From: Gemmatimonadota bacterium
GTDB taxonomy: Bacteria; Latescibacterota; UBA2968; UBA8231
NCBI GenBank assembly: GCA_038128265.1
Contig: JAYPJE010000042.1
Coordinates: forward strand, 1-38,237
Direction of reading: 5' to 3'
DNA: 38,237 nucleotides
In this document: positions 9,346 through 18,436 of the stretch, in pieces
How the letters are laid out: each line of letters begins with the position of its first letter
Position numbering within the stretch: position 1 is the first letter of the stretch
Position numbers and translations under genes: made by a program
Notes under the pieces: model-generated
The model's input: the letters and a program-made list of their open reading frames with translations, nothing else
Told to the model about the DNA's origin: nothing
Database searches by the model: none

Positions 9346-10200
9346 ATGAGCGACTACCAGCCCGACTACAACGTCTATTTTGAACGCGATCAGATCGACG
9401 CCGCGCTGCGCTGTCTCGAGGGATACGGCTACTGCGTAATTCGTCAGATGATCGACGGCGATTGGGTCGAAGAGCTCAAGGCCGAAATAGACGCCGCGCT
9501 CGATCCGCAGCGCGACTTGGCCGAGGCATCCAATCGCTATCATATGATGTTTGCCGAACCGAGTCGGGCGCTGTGGCGCCTGGCCGAGCACGCGCCCTAT
9601 CTGAACTACGTGCGCGCAGTGCACGGCACCGACGAGGTCTGCCTGCATCGATCGGCCGCTATTCTGCGCACGCCGGGCGAAGGGATGGGCACGTGGCATA
9701 CCGACCACCGCGGGCACGTGGCTCAGCCGCGCATCGCCAACGACGTGCTCAATCGCTTTTCCATGCCGAGCGGGTCGTGGTTTTATCTCAACGGCAGTCA
9801 TCCCGACCGCAGCGGCATTGCCGTAATCGAAAAGTCGAACAAGCCGGGTTGGACGGGGCCAGAGGGTTTTGAGTTGACGGAAGATCGCAGCGGGTTCCGC
9901 CCCATAGGAGCGGATGAATCCGTGCGCTGGAACCAGATGGACGTGCCCGGCTGCATCGCGGTGGTGGCCGATCCGGGCGATCTGATCTGCTTTGCAGCGC
10001 TGACCTACCACGCCAATATGGCCACTAATGAGCGGCGCTATTCCTGCGGCATGGGCTTCCGTCCCAAGCGCGAGAGGATCGACGCGCCTTGGCCGCTGCC
10101 CGATACGGCCAAAGCACTGCGCGCGCGGCTCCCTGAGCACCTGCAGACGTATATGGAGGGCTATACCGGCTACGACGGCACCTGGCGAGCCGACGCGTAG
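9346..10200 (+). CDS. Divergent PhyH-family Fe(II)/2OG oxygenase
   Basis: GYCVIRQMI, WHTD (HxD), PGDLICFAALTYH, downstream RR. The usual PGSH loop is replaced by EKSN. Confidence 0.78.
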   Translation: MSDYQPDYNVYFERDQIDAALRCLEGYGYCVIRQMIDGDWVEELKAEIDAALDPQRDLAEASNRYHMMFAEPSRALWRLAEHAPYLNYVRAVHGTDEVCLHRSAAILRTPGEGMGTWHTDHRGHVAQPRIANDVLNRFSMPSGSWFYLNGSHPDRSGIAVIEKSNKPGWTGPEGFELTEDRSGFRPIGADESVRWNQMDVPGCIAVVADPGDLICFAALTYHANMATNERRYSCGMGFRPKRERIDAPWPLPDTAKALRARLPEHLQTYMEGYTGYDGTWRADA

Positions 10201-10218
10201 TCCGATCGAATGCGATAT

Positions 10219-10256
10219 AAGGGGCCCCGCGGTGATAAAACGCCGTGGGGCCCCTT
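10219..10256. terminator. Probable bidirectional intrinsic terminator between convergent genes
   Basis: AAGGGGCCCCGCGG-N10-CCGTGGGGCCCCTT: 14-bp stem with one G-U pair, between stops at 10200 (+) and 10271 (-). Confidence 0.75.
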
Positions 10257-10270
10257 TGCGCGATGGACTC

Positions 10271-11452
10271 TCAGTCGCCCCAGTACTCTTCGCCCGGCGC
10301 CAAATGGGCGCGCGCTACGTCCGGATTGAGGTGCAATCCCAGGCCGGGGCCTTCGGGCACTTCGAGATAGCCGTCGCGAATAAGCGGCCCATCGCCGTAG
10401 GCCAATTGCTCATACCAGTCGAAGTCGCCGCCGGCGCGCTCGAGCATGCAAAAGCCGCGCATGCTAGCTGCTGCCTGCGCTGAAGCGGTCAGCCCGACGA
10501 TGCTGGAGGCGCAGTGCATGGCCGTCTTCATATAGTGGAGGTCGGCTAGGTCGGCGATGCGCTTGGCCTCTAGTAGGCCGCCTGATTTGGGCACGTCCAC
10601 GTGGACAATATCGGCTCCGCCCTCTTCGATAAAGGGTCGAAATTCGTGGCGATTGTAGAGGTTCTCGCCGGTGCAAATGGGCACGGGCGAGCGCTGTTTG
10701 AGTTCGCGCCAGGCCGGCGAAAAAGCCACCGGCAGCGGGTCTTCCAACCAGATAGGACGGTAGGGTGCGATGCGCTCAGCCAGCGCCAGCGCGTCGCGCA
10801 GGTCCAGCGCCCAGTGGCAGTGGACGGCGATATCGAATTCGTCGCCGAACGCGCGGCGCAGGTTGGCCATAATCTTTTCGCTGCGCGCCAGATCGGCTGC
10901 CGACAGCGTGCGCGCCAGCGGCTCGTGTCCCGGTTCGGCAAATGCGGGGTCGTAGCGCTCATACATCGTATCGACGTCGAGCGTCTTTATGGCGGTCCAG
11001 CCCTCGGCGTGCGTCTGTGCGGCGTATGCTTCGCAGGCTGCATAGTCCTCTAGGTTGGGCGGCAAGCCCGTGCGGTATAGGCGCACGCGCGGGCGAAAGC
11101 GCCCGCCGAGCAGGCGGTGAGCGGGCAGCCCGCACAGCTTGCCGGCCAGGTCCCACAGGGCGATCTCAATGCCGCTGAGCGCGGTCATCACTAGGCCGTT
11201 TTGGGTGTGGGCGCCGGCCATGCGCATGTAGGCGCGGGTGAAGAGGCGGTCGACGTCAAATGGATTCTCGCCGACGAAGAGCGGTTTGAGCAAGGCGTCG
11301 ATCACGGGGCGGAATCCCGGTCCCCAGTAGGCTTCGCCCAATCCCCAGACGCCCTGGTCGCTATCGACGCGGATGAGGTTCCACAGACCGACGTCGTTGC
11401 CGTAGGGGGCCAGTGCCATGAGGCGAATGTCGGTAATGCGAGCGTCTTTCAT
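10271..11452 (-). CDS. Mandelate racemase/muconate lactonizing enzyme family protein (acid-sugar dehydratase-like)
   Basis: GVWGLGE, SGIEIALWDLAGK, LLGG, WLEDP, PICTGEN, DVPKSGGL, AMH, PEGPGLG. Confidence 0.93.
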   Translation of the reverse strand: MKDARITDIRLMALAPYGNDVGLWNLIRVDSDQGVWGLGEAYWGPGFRPVIDALLKPLFVGENPFDVDRLFTRAYMRMAGAHTQNGLVMTALSGIEIALWDLAGKLCGLPAHRLLGGRFRPRVRLYRTGLPPNLEDYAACEAYAAQTHAEGWTAIKTLDVDTMYERYDPAFAEPGHEPLARTLSAADLARSEKIMANLRRAFGDEFDIAVHCHWALDLRDALALAERIAPYRPIWLEDPLPVAFSPAWRELKQRSPVPICTGENLYNRHEFRPFIEEGGADIVHVDVPKSGGLLEAKRIADLADLHYMKTAMHCASSIVGLTASAQAAASMRGFCMLERAGGDFDWYEQLAYGDGPLIRDGYLEVPEGPGLGLHLNPDVARAHLAPGEEYWGD

Positions 11453-11479
11453 GCGCTATCTCCGGTTGTAGGACCCGCA

Positions 11480-11509
11480 AATCTACGCTAACAGAGCGTC
11501 GTGCGGCAA
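11480..11509 (-). promoter_or_regulatory. Candidate sigma70 promoter for the enolase-superfamily gene
   Basis: Minus strand TTGCCG-N18-TAGATT, upstream of GGAG RBS and ATG 11452. Confidence 0.4.
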
Positions 11510-11514
11510 GGGGA

Positions 11515-11543
11515 TTGCCCTAGTGGGGGCGGGCGGGTATACT
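11515..11543 (+). promoter_or_regulatory. Candidate sigma70 promoter for the PhyH/oxidase subunit III pair
   Basis: TTGCCC-N17-TATACT, ending 36 nt before ATG 11580. Confidence 0.6.
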
Positions 11544-11579
11544 AGTCTTACGAGCGATTTTTTGCGGGGAGAAAATAAA

Positions 11580-12386
11580 ATGGTCGAGATGGTATCGCCG
11601 ACCGATTCCGAGCGATTTTTCTTTGATGTGAACGGTTATTTGATTTTGGAAGACTTTTTGTCTCCAGATCACGTGGAAGCGCTGCGCGCCGCGGTGGAAG
11701 CGGCGGTGAATCGGCGGCGCAGCAGCACCTATGTGCGCGCGCACGAACCGGCCTTCCCCGAGCGCGTAGAGGGCCCCAATGCGCGCATTTTTCACCTGCT
11801 CGACGAAGATCCGCTCTTTCTCGATCTGCTGAATTACGAGCCGATGATGGCCTATGTGCGCGCCCTGTTTAACGAAAAGCCCCATCTGCACTCGACGGAC
11901 GCATTTTGGGAAGTCGAAAGGGCAGACTACCACGGCGTGGGCTGGCATATTGATGGCATACAGGACGGCTTTCGAACCCTGGGTTGGCCGATACCTCTGC
12001 TGCAGTTTAAAGTCGGCTACTATCTGAGCGATATGCGCGAGGAAGGACAGGGCAACCTAACCCTGCTGCCGGGCAGTCACCGGTCGCGCATCGATCCAGC
12101 GGCCAGCGACCTGAATAATCCACACCTAACGCCCGGTGCCGTGCAAGTGTGCGGCGGACCGGGAACGGCCTTTTTCTTTCACAACGCCGTGTGGCATACG
12201 GCCGGACCGTGGACGCGGCCGATCGGCCAACGGACCATGCTCTACTACGGCTACGAACACCCGTGGATGCTGGCCTGCGCCGAGCAGTGGCGCTACGGTG
12301 CGGACTTTCTTCAGGGACTCAGCCCCGAACATCGCGCGTTCTTTCACGGCTTTGTCTTTGATCCACCCGAATATCGCTGGGGCTAG
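11580..12386 (+). CDS. PhyH-family Fe(II)/2OG oxygenase
   Basis: FFFDVNGYLILEDFLS, WHID, GNLTLLPGSH, FHNAVWH, RTMLYYGY; GGGGAG RBS before ATG 11580. Confidence 0.9.
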   Translation: MVEMVSPTDSERFFFDVNGYLILEDFLSPDHVEALRAAVEAAVNRRRSSTYVRAHEPAFPERVEGPNARIFHLLDEDPLFLDLLNYEPMMAYVRALFNEKPHLHSTDAFWEVERADYHGVGWHIDGIQDGFRTLGWPIPLLQFKVGYYLSDMREEGQGNLTLLPGSHRSRIDPAASDLNNPHLTPGAVQVCGGPGTAFFFHNAVWHTAGPWTRPIGQRTMLYYGYEHPWMLACAEQWRYGADFLQGLSPEHRAFFHGFVFDPPEYRWG

Positions 12387-12388
12387 TT

Positions 12389-13003
12389 ATGGAAGGTGAA
12401 CAAGCAGGACAACAGCCCGTATTGGCTTCGTGGCAGGGGCCCGATAGAACGGGGCATCGACGCTTGGGTATGGTCATTTTCATGGTGGCGCTCGGCATGT
12501 TCTTTGCCGTTGGCGTGGTGTGTTTTCTGGTCTACCGATTTGCCAGTTCGGCATCGGCCGGCATGGATCCGCTCTATCTGCCGTGGGAGCTGTGGCTGTC
12601 CACCGTGCTGCTGCTGCTGACGGGGTGGTGGATGAGAGCGATGGGGCTGGCCGCTCGGCGCGGCGACCACGTCGAAATGGGGCGTCGCCTGCGCTGGACG
12701 TGGGCACTGTCGTTGCTCTTTGTCTTTGTCCAGGGGCCCGCGCTGAGCGAGCTACTGGGAGTTCACTCGGTCTATGTAGACGATGGCCGCGCCGGTGTTT
12801 ACGGCATTGCATTCGCGCTGATCTTGCTGCATGCCCTGCACGTGGTTGGGGGCCTAGCCGCCATGGGGGTGCTGTTTTGGAAGACGCGTGCGGGGGGGCT
12901 AGGACGTGCACATGTGCCCTTTGCGCTGATTTGCGCGCAGTACTGGCACTTTCTCGCCTGGGTTTGGGTGGTGCTACTGGCGGTCTTTGTCTGGGCTGGT
13001 TAA
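12389..13003 (+). CDS. Heme-copper oxidase subunit III family protein (short, about 5 TM), orphan
   Basis: LGMVIFM..GMFF, STVLLL, FVFVQG, LHALHVVGG, YWHFLAWVWVVL. Confidence 0.82.
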   Translation: MEGEQAGQQPVLASWQGPDRTGHRRLGMVIFMVALGMFFAVGVVCFLVYRFASSASAGMDPLYLPWELWLSTVLLLLTGWWMRAMGLAARRGDHVEMGRRLRWTWALSLLFVFVQGPALSELLGVHSVYVDDGRAGVYGIAFALILLHALHVVGGLAAMGVLFWKTRAGGLGRAHVPFALICAQYWHFLAWVWVVLLAVFVWAG

Positions 13004-13012
13004 ACCACGCGG

Positions 13013-14338
13013 CTACGGGGCTTCGAGCAGCTCGACGCCGTTCCAATCGGCTGCGACGCCGTTGGCAATGGCCGCGGCGATGCGCTGCTGGAACTGGCGA
13101 ACGACCTTGTCGTCGGGCGTCTGTGAGAGAACGCGGGCGATGTGCAAATTGGCTTCCGTGAACTTGCGCTCGTAGTAGAGTTCAACTCCCTCCGTATACT
13201 CGTCGTGCGTGGCCTCTTTCTGCGCTTTTCGCTCGGCGCTATCGCCGTCGTAAATCTCGTATACGTTGGTCGTTTCTCCCCGTCCCTTTACCTTGATGCG
13301 GTCGATGGGGCGTGCGCTGTAGGTTTGGTTGTCGCCTAGGTGTTCGAGGGCGACGCCGCTGGCGACGATGCCCACATCATAGCGCCGAGTCAGGCGTTCG
13401 AGTCGCGCGGCGACGTTGATGGCGTCGGAAATGACGTTGGTTGCCATGCGTTCAGCCTCGCCGACGATCCCCAACATCAGCTTGCCCCAGTGTACGCCAA
13501 TGCCAATGCGAATGGGCGGGATGCCAGCGGCAATAAACTGCTCGTTAAAGCGCTGCATTGCCTGCTGCATTTCCACCGCCGACTGCAGGGCGTCACCGGC
13601 GGATTCGGGAAAGATGGCCATGATGGTATCGCCGGCGTATTTGTCGATCAGTCCCTTGTTCATGCGTATGATCGGGCTGATCCAGCTGAGATAGGCATTG
13701 ATGAAGCGAAAGCTGGCCTCCGGCCCCATCTTGGCGGCTAGTTCGGTAAAGTTCACGATGTCGGCAAAGAGAACGGTCATTTCCATTTCCGCGTGATCGC
13801 CGAGCTTTATTTCGAGAATGTCCTCGCGTTCCAGTAGGTTGATAAAGGTCTGCGGCACGAATGCGCTGAAGATGCGATTGGCCTCTTCCATCCTTGAATT
13901 AGCCGCGCTGATTTCGTCGCTCTGCTCGGCGACCTGGCTTTCTAGGCCTTTGCGCAGCTGGGAGAGTTCGAGGTGCGTATTGATGCGATGCAGCAATTCG
14001 GTGTTGTTAAACGGCTTGGTTATATAGTCTACGGCGCCGAGCTCAAACCCCTTTACCAGGTACTCCGTATCGCTGCGACCGGTGAGAAAAATCACCGGAA
14101 TGCTCTGGGTTTTGGGGTCTGCTTTGAGCTTTTTGCACACCTCGAAGCCGTCCATGCCGGGCATGGAGATATCCATCAGGATCAGATCGGGTAGATCGGC
14201 GCGCGCCGCCTGCAGCGCCGCCTGTCCGCTAGTTGCCGTGCGCACGCTGAACAGGGCCATTTCCAGTATGCGGCTGAGCAAGACGAGGTTTTCCGGCTGA
14301 TCGTCTACCGCGAGTATCTTTTTTCCTTCGTGCTTCAT
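13013..14338 (-). CDS. Response regulator receiver fused to class III adenylate/guanylate cyclase
   Basis: REC: ILAVDD, DLILMDISMPGMDG, FLT, DYITKPF. Cyclase: LFADIVNF, DKYAGD, IGIGVHWG, SDAINVAARLE, VKGR. Helical C-terminal tail. Confidence 0.94.
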   Translation of the reverse strand: MKHEGKKILAVDDQPENLVLLSRILEMALFSVRTATSGQAALQAARADLPDLILMDISMPGMDGFEVCKKLKADPKTQSIPVIFLTGRSDTEYLVKGFELGAVDYITKPFNNTELLHRINTHLELSQLRKGLESQVAEQSDEISAANSRMEEANRIFSAFVPQTFINLLEREDILEIKLGDHAEMEMTVLFADIVNFTELAAKMGPEASFRFINAYLSWISPIIRMNKGLIDKYAGDTIMAIFPESAGDALQSAVEMQQAMQRFNEQFIAAGIPPIRIGIGVHWGKLMLGIVGEAERMATNVISDAINVAARLERLTRRYDVGIVASGVALEHLGDNQTYSARPIDRIKVKGRGETTNVYEIYDGDSAERKAQKEATHDEYTEGVELYYERKFTEANLHIARVLSQTPDDKVVRQFQQRIAAAIANGVAADWNGVELLEAP

Positions 14339-14436
14339 AGCACCCTGCGTTTTATCGGGTGTGCGCTCGGCCTGCCGAGTGCTGTGGTTGTAGGTCAGAG
14401 GATCTGCTGCTCCACGCCATACAAGGTAGCCTGTTT

Positions 14437-14455
14437 GTCGTTGCTCAGCAACGAC
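14437..14455. promoter_or_regulatory. Perfect 19-bp inverted repeat, candidate operator in divergent intergenic region
   Basis: GTCGTTGCT-C-AGCAACGAC; a 1-nt spacer suits a dimeric regulator site better than an RNA hairpin. Confidence 0.45.
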
Positions 14456-14535
14456 CGGCCCGCGCCGGGGTCTCTGCGGTGGGAAAGGTGCGCCGTTTCA
14501 CTTAGATTGTTCTGTTTATAAACTGGGAAGGTCTA

Positions 14536-16476
14536 ATGAACAAGAGGGTATACCGAGGCTGCTCACTGCGCGCGATATCCATTGGCTTGGCGCTCGTCGC
14601 GTTTATGAGTATTGCGATTCCCTGGGGCGATATGATTATCAAGGGGTCGCAGATGGGAGTGTGGAATACCAATCCGGGCTCCATTTTTCTGTTTTTTGTC
14701 GTCGTGGCCATCGCCAATGGACTGGTCGGTGCGGTGCATCGGCCGTGGGCGCTCGATCCGGGCGAACTGGCGGTGATCTACATTATGCTGCTGATCGCCA
14801 ATACGCTGCCGGCGCGCGGCTTTGCCGCCTATGTCCCGGCTGTGGCTACCGGAGCTTTTTATTACGCGACGCCGGAAAACAACTGGAAGGAACAGGTGTG
14901 GCCCTACCTGCCGGACTGGGCGACGGTTCAGGACGAAGCCGCCGTGCGCCGTTACTACGAGGGGGCGGAGGGGGGCATGGGCGTGCCGTGGGACGTGTGG
15001 ATGGCGCCGCTGGCCTCCTGGCTGCTCTTTGGCGTGGCAATGTATTTGGTGATGATTGCCATTTCCGTTATTCTGCGCCGTCAGTGGGTTGAACGCGAGC
15101 GCTTGGTATATCCCATGATGCAGCTACCGCAGCACATGCTGCGCGAAGACGCGGCAGGCCGCAAACCCTTTTTCCGCTCGTGGGCTATGTGGCTGGGCTT
15201 CTTGCTGCCCTGCATTATCGTCAACGCCAACGCGCTGCACAGCTACTACGAATTCTTTCCCAGCATTTCGACCAGTTTTGGCTCCGTAGCGCTCTTTCGC
15301 AACTCGGTGACCATCGGTTTTGGCCTGAGCTTTACCATGCTGGGCTTTTCCTATTTGATCAATCGCAACATCGCCGCTGGGCTGGTGTTCTTTTACCTGC
15401 TCAACGTATGCGAGCAGGGCTACTTTCGCATGGTGGGCATTAAGATCGACGCCGGTCCGGTTGGCGCATTCGGCCACTATGCCCAGCCCATTATCATCTA
15501 CCAGGCGATGGGGGGCATGTTGGTGCTGGTGCTGGCAGGCCTGTGGAACGCCCGCGCCCATTTGGCCGATGTGCTGCGCAAGGCCTTTGTCGGCGACGAG
15601 CGCGTCGACGACAGCGACGAGATGATGTCCTACCGCGCCGCCGTATTTTCGCTGCTGGTGGGCACGGTTGTGATGGGAACCTGGCTGTGGATGGCCGGAC
15701 TGCCGCCGTGGGTTGTGCCCTTCCTGCTCTTTACCTGCTTTGCCCTCTTCCTGACCATTACGCGCGTGGTGGTCGAGGGGGGCGTAGCGGTGATGTTCCC
15801 GCCGATTACCGGGCCCGACTTTACCACCGCTGCGCTCGGTACTACGGCGCTGGGAGCCAAGGGGGCAGCGGCGCTGACGACGACCTATGTTTGGGGCACG
15901 GACGTGCTGGTGCTGCTGATGACCTCCTGCAGCAACGGTCTCAAGCTGGCCGACGAGTTTCTGCGCGGAAAGCGGCGGCTGTTCTGGGCGATTATGGCGA
16001 CCGTAGCCCTGTCCATTTGTTCGGCGCTGTGGATTCGGCTCGAGGTGGCCTACCAGCACGGGGCGATCAATCTCAACCCGTTTTATGCCGACAATGCGGC
16101 GCAGTACCCGTATCGCTTTATGGATATCGTCGTCTCCTATCCGCAGGGGCCGCACTGGGACGGCTGGATTCAGGTGGGTGTGGGCGCGGCCATTATGGCG
16201 GCGCTGGAGCTAATGCACTACCGCTTTCTATGGTGGCCTTTCCACCCGCTAGGTTTTCCCATCAGCGCGGCCTTTGGCAGCATGTGGTTTAGCGTGTTGA
16301 TCGCCTATTTGCTCAAGGGGTCCGTGCTTAAATACGGCGGACCGCAGCTCTATCGCAGCACGGTGCCATTTTTTCTCGGCATGATTCTCGGCGAAATTGT
16401 GCCGGCGGGTTTTTGGCTAATCATCGATTATTTCACTGGTATGAACGGCAACGCACTGGGCTCTTTTATGGGCTGA
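14536..16476 (+). CDS. DUF6785/DUF6784-type polytopic membrane protein (putative OPT-related transporter)
   Basis: About 15 or more hydrophobic segments; motifs ELAVIY, ILRRQWVERERLVYP, MSYRAAV, TRVVVEGG, WWPFHPLGF, LKYGG..LYR..PFFLGMILGE. Confidence 0.8.
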   Translation: MNKRVYRGCSLRAISIGLALVAFMSIAIPWGDMIIKGSQMGVWNTNPGSIFLFFVVVAIANGLVGAVHRPWALDPGELAVIYIMLLIANTLPARGFAAYVPAVATGAFYYATPENNWKEQVWPYLPDWATVQDEAAVRRYYEGAEGGMGVPWDVWMAPLASWLLFGVAMYLVMIAISVILRRQWVERERLVYPMMQLPQHMLREDAAGRKPFFRSWAMWLGFLLPCIIVNANALHSYYEFFPSISTSFGSVALFRNSVTIGFGLSFTMLGFSYLINRNIAAGLVFFYLLNVCEQGYFRMVGIKIDAGPVGAFGHYAQPIIIYQAMGGMLVLVLAGLWNARAHLADVLRKAFVGDERVDDSDEMMSYRAAVFSLLVGTVVMGTWLWMAGLPPWVVPFLLFTCFALFLTITRVVVEGGVAVMFPPITGPDFTTAALGTTALGAKGAAALTTTYVWGTDVLVLLMTSCSNGLKLADEFLRGKRRLFWAIMATVALSICSALWIRLEVAYQHGAINLNPFYADNAAQYPYRFMDIVVSYPQGPHWDGWIQVGVGAAIMAALELMHYRFLWWPFHPLGFPISAAFGSMWFSVLIAYLLKGSVLKYGGPQLYRSTVPFFLGMILGEIVPAGFWLIIDYFTGMNGNALGSFMG

Positions 16477-16487
16477 TAGGAGCGCAT

Positions 16488-17465
16488 ATGAATTATCGAA
16501 CGCTGGGTAAGACGGGACTGCGCGTTTCGGAGGTCGTCTTTGGCGGCGGCGCCGTAGGCGGTTTGCTTATACGCGGCGACGACGACACCCGCCGGCGCGC
16601 CGTGGCGCGCGCGCTGCAGGCGGGTATCAACTGGATTGATACGGCGCCAATGTACGGTCAGGGGGCTTCAGAAGAGGCCATCGGCTGGCTGTTGGACGAA
16701 ATACCCGCCGCCGAACGGCCCTATGTAGCCACCAAAGCACTGCTCGATCCGACGGTTGCCGATTTGGCCGGTCAGGTCGAGCAGAGCTTGCGCGAGAGTT
16801 TGTCGCGATTGCAGATGGATTCGGTCGATCTGCTGCAGGTGCACAATCTGGTATACGATCGCCGCGGACAGGGCAACGGACTGAGCGTGGACGATATGTT
16901 GGGGCCAGTGCGCGAGGGGTTGGAACGCGTGCGCGCTGCCGGACTGACGCGCCACGTTGGTTTTACCGCCAACGGCGAAAGAGATGCGCTGAAAGCGGTT
17001 GTGAGGGGCGGTTTCTATGAATCGGCGCAGATCTATTACAACATGATCAACCCCAGCGCGGGATGCGATGTGCCGGCACAGTGGTCGGCACACGACTTTG
17101 GCAATTTGATTGAGGTCTGTCGCGAAGAGAACGTCGGCGTGCTGGTGATTCGCGCGCTGGCCGCCGGCGTGCTGGCCACCGACGTGCGGCACGGGCGCGA
17201 AGGCGAGATTATTCCCAATGCCGATGTTGAATCGAACGAGCGCAAAGCGGCTCAGCTCTTGGCGGCTGTGGGCACGGAGCAGGGGGCGCGCGCGCAGGTG
17301 GCCGTGCGCTTTGCGCTGAGCAATCCCGGCGTATCGGGCGTGGTTGTCGGCATGGCGGAATTGGATCATCTCGAACAGGCGCTTGCCGCGGTAGAGCGCG
17401 GGCCGCTGCCCGAGGCCGTGCTGGCGCGTCTGCAGGCGATCATCGCCGCCAACTTTGCCGCGTGA
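16488..17465 (+). CDS. Aldo/keto reductase
   Basis: MNYRTLGKTGLRVS, GINWIDTAPMYG, VATK, DLLQVHN; AGGAG RBS. Confidence 0.93.
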   Translation: MNYRTLGKTGLRVSEVVFGGGAVGGLLIRGDDDTRRRAVARALQAGINWIDTAPMYGQGASEEAIGWLLDEIPAAERPYVATKALLDPTVADLAGQVEQSLRESLSRLQMDSVDLLQVHNLVYDRRGQGNGLSVDDMLGPVREGLERVRAAGLTRHVGFTANGERDALKAVVRGGFYESAQIYYNMINPSAGCDVPAQWSAHDFGNLIEVCREENVGVLVIRALAAGVLATDVRHGREGEIIPNADVESNERKAAQLLAAVGTEQGARAQVAVRFALSNPGVSGVVVGMAELDHLEQALAAVERGPLPEAVLARLQAIIAANFAA

Positions 17466-17475
17466 GGAGGGCCTG

Positions 17476-18426
17476 ATGAAGATAGCCGTCGTCGGCGCCG
17501 GCGCCCATTCGCGCACCAATCACGGGCCCGCTCTCAGACGCTGCAAAGAGGAATTGGGCGCGTCCCTATCGCTGGTAGCCGTCTGCGACCTGCAGCGCGA
17601 GCGAGCCGAGCGCTATGCGGCCGACTTTGGCTTTGCGCGCGCCTATGAAGACCTCGATGAACTGATGGATCGCGAGCGACCAGACGGCATCGTTGCCGTG
17701 ACGCCGATAGAGCACACCGAAGCCGTCGCCGAGCAGATTATGCGCCGCGGCATACCGCTGGTGGTGGAAAAACCGCCGGGCTCCGACGAAGAGCAGGCCC
17801 GTCGCCTGGTCGATCTCGCCGATGGGCTGGGCGCGCCCCATATGGTGTCGTTTAACCGGCGCTTTGGTCCGGCCTTTGCCCGGGCACGCGCTTGGATGGC
17901 GCAAAACGCCGACCGACCGCCGCTGCTGGTGGCCTCGCGCATGCTGCGGCACGCTCGCTACGACGAGCGCTTTGCACCGGGCACGGCGATTCACGCCATC
18001 GACAACGTGCTCGCCGTTATGGGACCACCGCTCGATATGGCGGTCGAAACCGTGGAGGTGGGCGCGCGCGGCACGCCCCTTTTCGATGCGCGCGTGCGCT
18101 TTGCAGGAGGGGCCGCTACGTTTGCCGTGGCGCCGACCTGCGGCGCGGTCAGCGAGCGCATGGATATCGTCGGCGAAGACTATAGCATGGAAATTGACGT
18201 GGGACGCTGCGCGCTATCGATTGCCGATCGGGGCCAGACCGTAGATGCGTGGGCGGCTGATGAAGCGGTACCGGCTTGGGAGAAAAACGGTGCGCTCGAC
18301 GAGACGCGCGCCTTTCTGCGCTACCTGCGCGAAGGCGGCTGGTGGCCGACGCTGCACGACGGCCTGCGGGCGGTGGAAGTGGCCGAGGCCATGCAGGCGG
18401 GGCGCGCGCGCAGTTGGACGCGCTAG
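17476..18426 (+). CDS. Gfo/Idh/MocA family oxidoreductase
   Basis: IAVVGAG, VAVCD, VVEKPP, VSFNRRF, IHAID; GAGGAGG RBS. Confidence 0.92.
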   Translation: MKIAVVGAGAHSRTNHGPALRRCKEELGASLSLVAVCDLQRERAERYAADFGFARAYEDLDELMDRERPDGIVAVTPIEHTEAVAEQIMRRGIPLVVEKPPGSDEEQARRLVDLADGLGAPHMVSFNRRFGPAFARARAWMAQNADRPPLLVASRMLRHARYDERFAPGTAIHAIDNVLAVMGPPLDMAVETVEVGARGTPLFDARVRFAGGAATFAVAPTCGAVSERMDIVGEDYSMEIDVGRCALSIADRGQTVDAWAADEAVPAWEKNGALDETRAFLRYLREGGWWPTLHDGLRAVEVAEAMQAGRARSWTR

Positions 18427-18436
18427 GAGCGTGCCC

